NCBI GenBank assembly: GCA_018238155.1
Contig: JABCTZ010000007.1
Coordinates: forward strand, 130,896-194,895
Origin: Candidatus Heimdallarchaeota archaeon
GTDB lineage: Archaea; Asgardarchaeota; Heimdallarchaeia; JABLTI01
Reading direction: 5' to 3'
DNA: 64,000 nucleotides
The notes below the pieces were generated by a model. It did not search any database and was not told where the DNA came from. It saw only the letters and a list, made by a program, of their open reading frames with translations. Both the position numbers and the translations under genes were made by a program. Below are positions 24,563-34,770 of the stretch, piece after piece; positions within the stretch are counted from its first letter, which is position 1, and every line of letters begins with the position of its first letter.

Positions 24563-25270
24563 TTGACGAAGGTAAGACATATGGGCGATGATAGTGCTTT
24601 TAGAATTCTGGGTCCAATAATGACTGGACCATCTAGTTCACATACCGCTGGTGCGGTAAGAATAGGTAGAACAGCGAGGTTGCTCTATGGTAAAGATCCA
24701 AAAGAAGTAACCGTTTATTTTCATGGTTCTTTTGCCGAAACTTGGAAAGGGCATGGTAGCGATAAAGCAGTAATTGGTGGATTGTTAGGTTTCAAAACAT
24801 TTGATGAACGAATTAAAATTGCTGATGAACTTGCAAAGAAAGCAAAAGTAGACATTAAATTCAAACGAATAAGACTAGGAGCAAATTACCATCCCAATAG
24901 TATTAAAATTGTTATTGAAGACCCAGAGCAACCAACTGAGATAATCGCTGAGTCTGTTGGTGGTGGAGATATTGTAATTAGAGAAATACTAGGTTTTCAA
25001 ACTGAAATTACTGGAAATGAAGTTACATTAATTTTACGGCATAAAGATTTTGTTGGAACATTATCAAGAATAACTGGAATAATCTCTGAATTCAATCTTA
25101 ATATCGTATCACTTAGCAGTAGAGATATTCCACGAGAAGATATAGCAATGACCACTATTGAAATTGAAGAAAAAGCACCTGCTGAATTGAAAGCAAAATT
25201 AGCTAAAATAAAAGGTATGGATTTAGTGCGCATACTACCAAGATTAACTGAAGGAGAAGAAATGTTTTGA
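24563..25270 (+). CDS. sdaAB: Fe-S L-serine dehydratase beta subunit with ACT domain
   Basis: GPIMTGPSSSHTAGAVRIG, GHGSDKA, HPNS, SVGGG. Confidence 0.93.
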   Translation: MTKVRHMGDDSAFRILGPIMTGPSSSHTAGAVRIGRTARLLYGKDPKEVTVYFHGSFAETWKGHGSDKAVIGGLLGFKTFDERIKIADELAKKAKVDIKFKRIRLGANYHPNSIKIVIEDPEQPTEIIAESVGGGDIVIREILGFQTEITGNEVTLILRHKDFVGTLSRITGIISEFNLNIVSLSSRDIPREDIAMTTIEIEEKAPAELKAKLAKIKGMDLVRILPRLTEGEEMF

Positions 25271-26172
25271 CAATTACAAGCGTTGAGCCATTTATTTTAC
25301 GGGCAGAAAATGAAGGTAAATCATTAGGCGAAATAATGATTGAACATGAAATGGAGATACAAGAAGTAAGTCGAGAGGAAGTAATGTCTGCAATGGGCAA
25401 AATTTGGAAGGTTATGGTAAGTTCAATTACTAATGGTGTCAAAATTGAACAAAGATCTCCAAGTGGTATGAGCGGTGGTGATGCCACTAAATTACTAAAA
25501 AACCGAAAAAGTAAATCTATAACGGGTTCAACAATTGTCAAGGTAGTTGCTCGAGCAATTGGTGTTGGTGAATTTAATTCTTCAATGGGTACTATAGTTG
25601 CTTCTCCAACTGCTGGATCCTCTGGTGTTGTTCCTGCAGTTGTTTATACTGTCGCTGAGAAGCTTAAATCATCTGAAGAAACAATTATCAAAGGACTATT
25701 TGCTTCATCATTGATTGGACTTGTTTGTGATGCAGTTGCTTCAACAAGTGGTTCAGAGCACGGTTGTCAAGCTGAAATTGGTGTATCTGCTGCAATGGCT
25801 GCTGCTGCTGCAGTTGAAATAGCTGGTGGCACTAGTAAACAAGCTGTGAATGCTGCTGCAATAATGCTAAAAAATTCTTTGGGATTAGCTTGTGATCCAA
25901 TTGCTGGTTTAGTGGAAGTACCTTGTATTAAGAGAAATGGTGTTATGGCTGCCAGTGCTCTTGTATCTGCAGATATGTCATTAGCAGGTATCGAAAGTGT
26001 TGTTCCATTTGATGATGTCGTAATAGCTATGGATGAAATAGGTCGAATGATGCCTTGTGAGATCAAAGAAACATCAGAAGGTGGCTTAGCTAATACTAAA
26101 ACTGGTCGAGGTTACAAGAATTGGTTGAGAAGTAGTGGAGCTAACCAATTACAAGATGCTAGCGATGAATAG
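25267..26172 (+). CDS. sdaAA: Fe-S L-serine dehydratase alpha subunit
   Basis: PTAGSSG, GCQAEIG, LGLACDPIAGLVEVPCIKRN; overlaps the sdaAB stop. Confidence 0.93.
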   Translation: MTITSVEPFILRAENEGKSLGEIMIEHEMEIQEVSREEVMSAMGKIWKVMVSSITNGVKIEQRSPSGMSGGDATKLLKNRKSKSITGSTIVKVVARAIGVGEFNSSMGTIVASPTAGSSGVVPAVVYTVAEKLKSSEETIIKGLFASSLIGLVCDAVASTSGSEHGCQAEIGVSAAMAAAAAVEIAGGTSKQAVNAAAIMLKNSLGLACDPIAGLVEVPCIKRNGVMAASALVSADMSLAGIESVVPFDDVVIAMDEIGRMMPCEIKETSEGGLANTKTGRGYKNWLRSSGANQLQDASDE

Positions 26173-26191
26173 TCTAGCTCTTTCATTTCTT

Positions 26192-27463
26192 TTATTGCTT
26201 AAAGCATTCGCTATTCAACTTTTGCAACAAATCGCATAGTTCGTAATATTTTTGTTTATGGATTTTGCTCAGTAATGTAGCAAAATAGTCTTGGACTTTG
26301 CTGTCGCCATATTCGATTTTCTTTAAGAATTGACTGATTTCGTGCAAAACTTGAATAAATTCTTGAGAGACTCCTCGAGTTTCCCGAGTAAATTTATCGA
26401 TTTTCTTGCGAAGATCAATGATATTTGTTGACTCTTCTGTACTTGAACAACTATTCATTATTTCTAATAATTCTTTCATAGATCTATTTTCGGACATAAC
26501 TTTAAGGTTAAACCCTTTCACTCCGGAATGGAGAAGATCTAAGTTTTTCATGGTTTCGTAATCTGTTAAGGTAAATGTTTCGAAATTTTTGATAGTTTGT
26601 TCTTTTAGTGAGGAACTTACTCTTATTGATTTCACTATCTCAGTTGCTCTCTCTTTAATAAATTGAAAATTTTTCTCTTGATTTTCAGGTTCTAAGTTCA
26701 TTATCATAAGAGCAATGTATTTCAAAATACAGTCATTAATTCTATTCTGCCAATAAAGGATGTCATTTGATGAACCTGATTCCCTTTGCTCAATTTCAAC
26801 GAGTCTCAAACCAATTTCAAGTAATGCTTCGCTACAGATATAAACTAAATCAATCTCTTTTATCTTAATTGCTTGTGAAATACCTGCCCTTAATAAATTC
26901 CATAAAATTCTAATGAATGCTTTATCTTGATTTAATTTATCTACTACAATCTCAGGTGCAATTTTGCTCTTTAATTCTGGTTTATTCTCAGAAACTTGAA
27001 AAATAGATTTGACAATGAAATCTTGAGGTGTTTTTCCTGCAAGTTGCACGCCTCTAATGAAACCAATTACTTGCTGTGTTGGAAGCTTTTCTTCGAAATC
27101 TGCTTTATTTAGGAAATCAAATTCGAAGTGTTGTAGTGCTTTTTTTAATTCTTTTGTAACTAAATGTTCTATTATTATTTGAGAAGCTTTACTTACAATT
27201 TCTCTGAGTGTCTCAGAGGCACCTTTAGTAAAAATTAGAGCTGCAGGAATTATTTTTGCTGTTCTCTTTTTCAGCAACCTTCCAGAAACAATAATTTCAG
27301 TAACTTGTGAGGGATCAAAAGCAATCGAACTAGAATTTTGAAGCTCAAATCTAGCAAATCTGTCTGAATAGATTTTTTTGATTACTCCAATTTCTGCTCC
27401 ACTTTCATTAAGAATAATTGTACCGCTTTCGATTTTCTCTTGATTCATTGTAATTCCTCGCAA
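26192..27463 (-). CDS. Hypothetical protein, possible N-terminal PRC-like barrel plus helical region
   Basis: GTIILNESGAEIGVIKKI resembles a PRC-barrel start; the remainder is helical. Confidence 0.5.
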   Translation of the reverse strand: MRGITMNQEKIESGTIILNESGAEIGVIKKIYSDRFARFELQNSSSIAFDPSQVTEIIVSGRLLKKRTAKIIPAALIFTKGASETLREIVSKASQIIIEHLVTKELKKALQHFEFDFLNKADFEEKLPTQQVIGFIRGVQLAGKTPQDFIVKSIFQVSENKPELKSKIAPEIVVDKLNQDKAFIRILWNLLRAGISQAIKIKEIDLVYICSEALLEIGLRLVEIEQRESGSSNDILYWQNRINDCILKYIALMIMNLEPENQEKNFQFIKERATEIVKSIRVSSSLKEQTIKNFETFTLTDYETMKNLDLLHSGVKGFNLKVMSENRSMKELLEIMNSCSSTEESTNIIDLRKKIDKFTRETRGVSQEFIQVLHEISQFLKKIEYGDSKVQDYFATLLSKIHKQKYYELCDLLQKLNSECFKQ

Positions 27464-27611
27464 TTTTGAGTATAATTTTGTGCTGGTATGAAAAAGGACT
27501 TCCAGTTTTAATGCTTCTTAATCCTTTCTTGCTTTAAACTAAAATCGGTCTCTATAGGATACCTAAAGAATCTTTCCTTAAATTCTATTGTATCATTCCA
27601 ATTATGTTCTT

Positions 27612-28370
27612 TTAATCTTTTATTGGAAGCCCAATACCAATCTCTACATTTTGTTCATGTTGGATTTTCAATCTCTTCAACTCAGTGATTTTAGTAATTG
27701 AGGAATCTGTTGCTTTGTTAAGTATACGAATGTATTTCCTTTGATCTTCGGATAATTCTGCAGAAGATAGAAGTTCTAATGCGAGTGCTATTGATTGCAC
27801 ATCATTTGCAAAATCGTGACGTATATGTTTAATTGTATCTTGAAGTTCATTAACTCTTTTTTGAAAATTCTCTTGAAGAATCATGTTTCCAATTGATGTA
27901 CTTACTAAAATACTAATATTTTCGAAAAAAAGCATTTCATCATGGCTGAATTTTTCCTTTTTTCGATAGCCGACTGTTATCAATCCAAGAATATTTTTTT
28001 TGAAGATAACAGGTGCAATGGCTACAGATTTGAACTTAACGAACTCAGGCAATAATTTATTGTGTTTGGGTCTTTTGGTCCAATTTTGATAAATAAATAA
28101 TTTCTGTTCTGAAAGGTTATCAATGATAATATCATAATCTTGTGTTTTTGTCTTTTCAATTTCTTTTTGAATATTGATTCCAAAATTAGCTCTCAATTGA
28201 AGCTTCTGTTCTAAATTGAAGATGTGAATAGTAACTGCATCATAAAATAGACAATCTTGAATTACTTTTATTGTTTCCTCCATCAACTTTTGAGAAGTAT
28301 TACAAACTTGCAATGTTTTAGCTATTTCATTTAAACATTGAATTAGTTTTTTTGAGTTAGATTGATCCAA
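27612..28370 (-). CDS. GAF domain + HisKA-like domain protein lacking an ATPase domain
   Basis: SVAIAPV...LGLITV...FSHDEMLFFENI (GAF); IRHDFAN (H-box); ORF ends without HATPase_c boxes. Confidence 0.7.
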   Translation of the reverse strand: MDQSNSKKLIQCLNEIAKTLQVCNTSQKLMEETIKVIQDCLFYDAVTIHIFNLEQKLQLRANFGINIQKEIEKTKTQDYDIIIDNLSEQKLFIYQNWTKRPKHNKLLPEFVKFKSVAIAPVIFKKNILGLITVGYRKKEKFSHDEMLFFENISILVSTSIGNMILQENFQKRVNELQDTIKHIRHDFANDVQSIALALELLSSAELSEDQRKYIRILNKATDSSITKITELKRLKIQHEQNVEIGIGLPIKD

Positions 28371-28456
28371 TTTAACACATCCGTAATTATTGATTGTTCA
28401 ATTATTCTTGAATCTTCTGTCAATATACCATACTATATGAACGTATCACTGCAATA

Positions 28457-29821
28457 TTAAGAATTTTCTTGCTGCTGAGAAGTATTAGCTCGAAGTGCAT
28501 TGTACTTTTCAATTTCTTTTGGTCTAACGAAAAAGAACATCAGTATTACACTGACTATATAGAAGCCCATTGCTGTGTATCCGCAATATATGTAATTTCC
28601 AGTAAAGTCAAATATTATTTTACCAAGGATGGCAGCAGCAGCAGCTTGGCTAATTTGACCAAAAGTATTGTTTATTGCTAATGCTGTTCCTTTTGAGGAT
28701 GGAGTAACTTCTGTTATAAATGCATTATAGCTCCCCATCGAAATGGCGCCTACGAAATTTAGTATCAGAATATTTACAATAGCTAAATTTGATGTGAATG
28801 AAATCAATGGAAATATTCCAATCCAAATAGCGGTTAAACTTGTACCTACAATGATGATTAGTTTTTTACCAACTTTATCTGCAAGCCAACTGAAAAAAGT
28901 ATTACTAATGAGAGCTGCTATTCCTGCTCCCATAAAGATAAATCCAATTGTTGTAGTTTCTAATTGAAATTTCTTATAAAGCCAAGTTGATAATAAGGTA
29001 GTCATAGCAAAAAGACCTCCTCTTTGAAAAAGAGTGATGAAAAAGGTTCCTAATGCATATTTATTTGAGAGGACTCGTTTCATTCGATTGAAATACGAGA
29101 GCTCAATCTGATTTTCAAGTTGTTCATTTTTCATAGGTGAAGTTTCATTGCTATCAACATTGCATTCCTTTAGTTTAAATAAGTCAATAATTTTCTTTCC
29201 TTTAATCCTTGGAATAATAAAGACTATCATTAAGAAGACAAGAAAACTAAAGATGCTCATTATTCTTACGCTCCATTGCCAATCAAGTAAATCAGCAACA
29301 AAGGTATTAATTGGTACTGCAACAATACTTCCAATATAAAAGGAAGACATGATCAATCCTATAGCAGTAGTTCTTTTAGCTTTTGGAAAATAATCACCTG
29401 CATAAGCAATATTCGCCGGACCAAAACAAGCTGCTCCAATACCGGCAACTGCTTGAGCTGTAGCCATCATCCAGAATTCAGTAGCAAAGGTTGAAAACAT
29501 TGTAGCTGTTGCGAAAATGAACATCCCTGTGTACATCATTAATTTATAACCAAATCTTTCAACAATAGGACCAATAAGAAGCGATACGATAGCTGCTGAG
29601 AGATTATAGATTGCAAACATGATTGTAATAGTTCCTTCTGTCACCTCGAATGAGGTACTTAAATTTGGAACAAAAACTTGCAATATTGTAACAGTTGAAC
29701 GCATAGTAAACATGACGAGAAAGAGTACAGCAAGAATAAGATTTACTTTCAAAAAACTCTTCCATGATTTATCATTTTTTTGTGGTTCCTTCACTAATTG
29801 AAGAGTTTCTTTGCTTTTCAT
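28457..29821 (-). CDS. MFS transporter
   Basis: About 12 TM segments; GPIVERFGYK and WLADKVGKK motif-A variants. Confidence 0.9.
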   Translation of the reverse strand: MKSKETLQLVKEPQKNDKSWKSFLKVNLILAVLFLVMFTMRSTVTILQVFVPNLSTSFEVTEGTITIMFAIYNLSAAIVSLLIGPIVERFGYKLMMYTGMFIFATATMFSTFATEFWMMATAQAVAGIGAACFGPANIAYAGDYFPKAKRTTAIGLIMSSFYIGSIVAVPINTFVADLLDWQWSVRIMSIFSFLVFLMIVFIIPRIKGKKIIDLFKLKECNVDSNETSPMKNEQLENQIELSYFNRMKRVLSNKYALGTFFITLFQRGGLFAMTTLLSTWLYKKFQLETTTIGFIFMGAGIAALISNTFFSWLADKVGKKLIIIVGTSLTAIWIGIFPLISFTSNLAIVNILILNFVGAISMGSYNAFITEVTPSSKGTALAINNTFGQISQAAAAAILGKIIFDFTGNYIYCGYTAMGFYIVSVILMFFFVRPKEIEKYNALRANTSQQQENS

Positions 29822-29898
29822 GATTTCTTCCCCATTTTAGGAATTAAAAGCTGAATTAGTCAGCTAAAATAATTCGATTATTAATCTTCGATTGATTT

Positions 29899-30255
29899 TT
29901 ACTTTGTAAGAAAGAGACCTTTGAATGGTGCCCATTTTATGTATGGATTTGCTAGTATCGCTAAGAAGATGAGCAGAGTAAATCTTGTAACTATAAAGAT
30001 GTAAAAAAGTAAATCTTCTTTCCAGTAGAATGTATTCAACCCTACAAAGACTATAACAACAACAGCTAAAATTATTATTGAAATTGACCAAGCAACTTCT
30101 TTCTTCTTTCCTGGCTCAAGTTTGATCCATTGAACTATGGCAAAGATTGCTGTGCCTCCAAAAATAAATGGACAAAAAGCAAAAGACATTATATGTGTTT
30201 GATCTGTAATTGTTTGAGCAAGTAAAACTATAGATGATATTAAGAACTGTAACAT
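29899..30255 (-). CDS. Small multi-pass membrane protein
   Basis: Three to four hydrophobic segments; GGAGAG upstream. Confidence 0.55.
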   Translation of the reverse strand: MLQFLISSIVLLAQTITDQTHIMSFAFCPFIFGGTAIFAIVQWIKLEPGKKKEVAWSISIIILAVVVIVFVGLNTFYWKEDLLFYIFIVTRFTLLIFLAILANPYIKWAPFKGLFLTK

Positions 30256-30362
30256 GTTGTTCTCTCCATTTCTTTGAGTGATAAAGATATTTGGTGTTAT
30301 TTAACTTTCTGCAAATAGACTAAATAATAACAATGATTAAGGAAAAATCTGAGTGACTCTCT

Positions 30363-31286
30363 TTGAAAATAAATTACATCGAACAAAATTGTAAAAATGC
30401 TTTACATAAAATAAACAAATCAAATTTGCCTTTTAAATGGGGTATGAATCCATACCGTGGGTGTTTGCATTCTTGTATCTATTGTTATGCAAGATATACT
30501 CACAGCTATCTAGATTTGAATCCATCAAAAGATTTTGAAACAACAATTATAGTAAAAATGAACTCCCCACAAATATTGCGAAAGGAGCTTTCTAAACCTA
30601 AATGGAAAAAGGAATTCGTTAATTTAGGATCAATTTGTGACCCATATCAACCTGCAGAGAAAAAATACAAGCTAACCAGAGAAATACTAAAGATATTTAG
30701 ACAATACCGCAGCCCACTAACAATTGCAACCAAATCAGATTTAATCACTCGAGATATTGATCTCTTAAGTGAAATGTCTCAAGAAATGTTTGTGAATATT
30801 GTACTATCTATTTCTTCCCTCTCACAAAAAGCGGCTAAAAAATTGGAACCAAGAGCTCCCTCTACAGAAAGAAGATTACAAGCGATAAGTAAACTTCGAG
30901 CTGCTGAATTAAAAGTGGGAATTTTAATGATGCCTGTAGTTCCTTTCATTAATGATACAGATGAAGAAATAGAGTCACTTTTTGAAGCAATTGCAAATGC
31001 AGGAGCAAATTTTGTTATACCTGGAATCCTTTATCTTCAAGGTGCATCTAAAAGTCGGTTCTTTGATTTTATTAGAGAAGAGTTTCCAGAATTAGAAAAT
31101 AAATATAAGCAATTTTACTCAACGAGGTCTCCGCCGAAATTTTATCGTGATAAAAAATACCAACTCTTTAAAACAATGCTCAAAAAATACCAACTTGATG
31201 ACTACAATACATTACAACCCAAAAGTCAGAGTGAACAACTAACAATAGAACATTGGTTGAAAAAAGAAGGAAAAGGAGCAAAGTAA
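30363..31286 (+). CDS. Radical SAM protein (SplB-related, COG1533-like)
   Basis: NPYRGCLHSCIYCYA, DPYQPAE, TKS...RDIDLL, LEPRAPS. Confidence 0.9.
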   Translation: MKINYIEQNCKNALHKINKSNLPFKWGMNPYRGCLHSCIYCYARYTHSYLDLNPSKDFETTIIVKMNSPQILRKELSKPKWKKEFVNLGSICDPYQPAEKKYKLTREILKIFRQYRSPLTIATKSDLITRDIDLLSEMSQEMFVNIVLSISSLSQKAAKKLEPRAPSTERRLQAISKLRAAELKVGILMMPVVPFINDTDEEIESLFEAIANAGANFVIPGILYLQGASKSRFFDFIREEFPELENKYKQFYSTRSPPKFYRDKKYQLFKTMLKKYQLDDYNTLQPKSQSEQLTIEHWLKKEGKGAK

Positions 31287-31304
31287 TTAAACCTTCTTTG
31301 AAGG

Positions 31305-32318
31305 TTAAAACTTATTACTACCTTTATTGCTGATTTCCAATCTTCTGTGAGCTTCCATTTTTTGGTGATGAATCATCTCTTCATATTCTTCAATTGAGTA
31401 TTCTTCTTTTAGCTGCATGTAATCTTTGTCAATGATGTATTGGTAAACTCGCTGAAAATCATACTCAATGTTATATTCCTTTGCAAAATAATCACCTATC
31501 GTTTTCAAATCTTTCTGCATCACTTGAAGGTTTCTTTTCAAATTTGTTGGAAAACGCATTTCTCGCATACTCATATCGATTGCTTGTGGGAAGTCAATGA
31601 AAATAGGTAATCCATTGTGAAATAGGATATTATATTCAGATAAATCTCCATGGATGAGCTTTGCTTCATTATACATTTTCCACATTTGTTCAATGATTTC
31701 ATCAAAGGTATCTTCAGGGTTCTCAAGAATTACATTTCGTAGTTGTGGAGCCGGTTTCCATTCTGTGCCAATGAAGCTCATAATTATTGTATTATTGATT
31801 TGTTTTGCAGGAGTTGGTACCCGTAATCCCGATCGAAATGCCTTTAGTAGCAGATAGTATTCCCTTGCAGCAAATGCTGTTGCTCTTAATTGGGGATTTC
31901 CTTTAGCTCGATTATGGCAAGTCAATTGATGCCGAAATGCTTTCACTATTAAAGGTGCTCCATTCAAATGAGCAATATAAATTGAAGCTTCCTTTCCAGC
32001 ATTAACCTCTGAAACCAAATCAGTAATTAATCCTGTTTTCTTTAGTTCATCACGTAATAGTTTGTAAGTAAACTCTTGAGTATGCATTTGCATAAATCCG
32101 GGATCAAATGTTTTTTTGTCAAAGCGTGTGATGCTTTCCTTTGGGTCTCTTTCAGCTACTCGAGTAACTCTTTCTATACCATCAATCTTTTTTATGATTG
32201 GTACTCGTTCAGCTTTCTCTAAATCCTCAACACAAAGCTGAGCATATAATACCGTTGATTTATTATTATCATTTATTGATTCTAGTTCGTTTTCTTCTTC
32301 TAGTTTTACTTTAGTCAA
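31305..32318 (-). CDS. RIO-type Ser/Thr kinase (Rio1-like)
   Basis: GKEASIY, LIHGDLSEYNIL, IDFPQA. Confidence 0.9.
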   Translation of the reverse strand: MTKVKLEEENELESINDNNKSTVLYAQLCVEDLEKAERVPIIKKIDGIERVTRVAERDPKESITRFDKKTFDPGFMQMHTQEFTYKLLRDELKKTGLITDLVSEVNAGKEASIYIAHLNGAPLIVKAFRHQLTCHNRAKGNPQLRATAFAAREYYLLLKAFRSGLRVPTPAKQINNTIIMSFIGTEWKPAPQLRNVILENPEDTFDEIIEQMWKMYNEAKLIHGDLSEYNILFHNGLPIFIDFPQAIDMSMREMRFPTNLKRNLQVMQKDLKTIGDYFAKEYNIEYDFQRVYQYIIDKDYMQLKEEYSIEEYEEMIHHQKMEAHRRLEISNKGSNKF

Positions 32319-32526
32319 TTTCGATTCCTCTTTTTTTTGTGGAAGTATGCTTTTGTTTTGATTGATTTTTTGAAAAAGGATGCACTAATTCCAACTCCTT
32401 CTTACATTTCCTAAGAATAAGCTGAAAAAAACTTGGAATCCTTTATCTAAGAAAAAATTTGACATTATCTTTGTCGGAACAAAGCATCACATTGATTGAA
32501 AAGATAGAATCTAAATGATATTTTAT

Positions 32527-32601
32527 TTAGAAAATCTCAGTCGAGATGCTTTGTGTTTCAAAAATAATTATCGAATTTCTAACAACAACCATGATAAACA
32601 T
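32527..32601 (-). CDS. Putative 24-aa leader peptide (MFIMVVVRNSIIIFETQSISTEIF) upstream of the RIO kinase
   Basis: Strong SD GGAGGTG 5 nt before the ATG; the 3' end overlaps one arm of a 10-bp inverted repeat. Confidence 0.45.
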   Translation of the reverse strand: MFIMVVVRNSIIIFETQSISTEIF

Positions 32602-32677
32602 AAAAGCACCTCCATTCAGGTAGATAAATCTTGAAGCAATTCCTTAAAAAATGTATTGGGCAATCAAAAAAAAACAA

Positions 32678-34582
32678 TTAAAAAGAAGAAATTATTTTCT
32701 TCTTCTTAATTTTTAACAATATTGATAATATTATTGGGACAATAATAACTCCTCCTAATTCAATGTTTATCCCAGTAGTTTTGACAGTTGATGTTGTTTT
32801 TTGATAATCATTGATATACTCCAATAGGTCAAGTACTTCGATACTCAATGTTGTAGAAGAGTTATAGTCCATTTGTTGATAATAGGAAGGAATTATTTCA
32901 AGTAAACTCTCAATTTGTTCAAATGTTTCATTTATTACTTCTGGCATTTCTAAGCCTTCATATAATGTCAACGTTTGTTCAAGTTTTGATAGAGCACTCA
33001 AATAATGACCATCTGAATGTGCTCTTCCTATAGCATCTTTGTAAAAAATGCTGAAACTTTGTTCATAAGCGAAATAGCTCATTACATCCGCAACAAAAGC
33101 GGAACCCCATCCATATGTACTACTATGAGGGTGAGGTAATCCTAGAGAATGACCTAATTCGTGGATCATTACTGAAGACATTCCTCGTTTTGGTTCTGTA
33201 ACTATTCCATCTTGAAATATAGAGTTTTGAGTACCAAGCAAAATTTCCCAACCCATACCGCCTAAACCTGCAAAAGATATTCCATTCCACTTGAAATGAA
33301 CATCATTAGTTAAAAAGAAGTAGCATGGAAGTACTTTATCCGCAAGAGATAAATTAAAATGAACACTGAGTTCACTTTGCAAATAATTAAACAATCCACT
33401 CGAAACTTCGACGTATTTGACACCTGTGGAATCAATTTCAATATTATTTTGAATATAATCAAATAAATTAGGGTAATCTGTCAATTCCACCCATTCAATA
33501 TCTATTAACCAATTAATCCAAGGAAAATCATTCTTGAGCTGATCTATAATTCTGTTTTGGGATATACACCAAGTAAGATCTTCAAATGCATATCCATTAT
33601 TTGTGAGGTTATTAAACACCTTAACTTGCAAAGAAATAGATCTCCCAAGGGGAGGGTTGTTTACAGGTCCTGAGAAAACATTACCTAAGTAAGTATTAAT
33701 CCAATCAACAAGATATTCAGTTAATTTTTCCTTTCCCTCAACAGTTTCCATATCAAATGTTTGGGTAAGATTGTCTAAATCCGGATGATTGTAATAGGAC
33801 TTGTATCCTAAACCTAAACTTTGCCACGCAGTAGTAATATAATCAAAAAACCATGTTCTTGCTGAAAGATCCAAAAAACAAAATCGATAATTTCCACCCC
33901 AACCCATTGCGGAACGCTTACTAAGGTTTCCATACCCGGAATACCACCAAGATATTGATTCATTTGTATCTGAACTTACTCCTTCAACATCATACCAATG
34001 TTCCAAACTATGGTCTTGTGAATCTAATTTAGAATAATTTAAAACGAACAAAGTATATCCGGGATCATTAACGGGTTCTGTATAGAGATTATTATAAAGA
34101 TAATCCTCTACTAATCCGGCATCAATTGATAATCCATCTGCTGGTAAGAAAATGTCTGATCTTTCACCTGAAATTAAATCCTCTTCCAATAACGTAGTAT
34201 TGACTTCATAACCAGTACCTGTTCCATTATTTCCTATGGAAACAAGATAACTTTCCAAATCATTTGTTACGTTTTCTTCTGCGTAACTAAACTCAAAATT
34301 GAAATGGAAATTGGAATGAGGGTTGGAACTTACAAAAGAGAAATCATCTTTAAGTTCAGATCTGATTGCTGTTTCATTGATTAATTCTTCATTATAACCA
34401 ATAAATTCGATTTTCAATTTAAGGTTCTCATCTTTTGTCCAAGCATTTATTCTTTCGAAATCATTTTGATCATTTAGTATTGCTCGTCCAAAATAATTTG
34501 AGTCGTTAAAATTGCCAATCATAATAACTGAAATCACTAAAATTGCAGCAAGAAATATTTTAATACTTTTATTAATTTTCAA
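32678..34582 (-). CDS. Secreted, membrane-anchored metzincin zinc metalloprotease
   Basis: HELGHSLGLPH, Met-turn DVMSY, N-terminal signal, C-terminal TM with KKKK. Confidence 0.8.
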   Translation of the reverse strand: MKINKSIKIFLAAILVISVIMIGNFNDSNYFGRAILNDQNDFERINAWTKDENLKLKIEFIGYNEELINETAIRSELKDDFSFVSSNPHSNFHFNFEFSYAEENVTNDLESYLVSIGNNGTGTGYEVNTTLLEEDLISGERSDIFLPADGLSIDAGLVEDYLYNNLYTEPVNDPGYTLFVLNYSKLDSQDHSLEHWYDVEGVSSDTNESISWWYSGYGNLSKRSAMGWGGNYRFCFLDLSARTWFFDYITTAWQSLGLGYKSYYNHPDLDNLTQTFDMETVEGKEKLTEYLVDWINTYLGNVFSGPVNNPPLGRSISLQVKVFNNLTNNGYAFEDLTWCISQNRIIDQLKNDFPWINWLIDIEWVELTDYPNLFDYIQNNIEIDSTGVKYVEVSSGLFNYLQSELSVHFNLSLADKVLPCYFFLTNDVHFKWNGISFAGLGGMGWEILLGTQNSIFQDGIVTEPKRGMSSVMIHELGHSLGLPHPHSSTYGWGSAFVADVMSYFAYEQSFSIFYKDAIGRAHSDGHYLSALSKLEQTLTLYEGLEMPEVINETFEQIESLLEIIPSYYQQMDYNSSTTLSIEVLDLLEYINDYQKTTSTVKTTGINIELGGVIIVPIILSILLKIKKKKIISSF

Positions 34583-34770
34583 AGATAATCCACACCAATT
34601 TTGTATGAGACATAAAATAGTCTATCTACAGATATATTCGTATCTTATCTAATAAATAGGTGTTTGAATCTTATTTCTCTTTATATTTCCTTGAAAAAAA
34701 TATGGTACAGTAAGAATCTTTAATTGTAAGTAATCCTTGGTTTTTAATTCCAGAATAAGAGAGATTTCAT

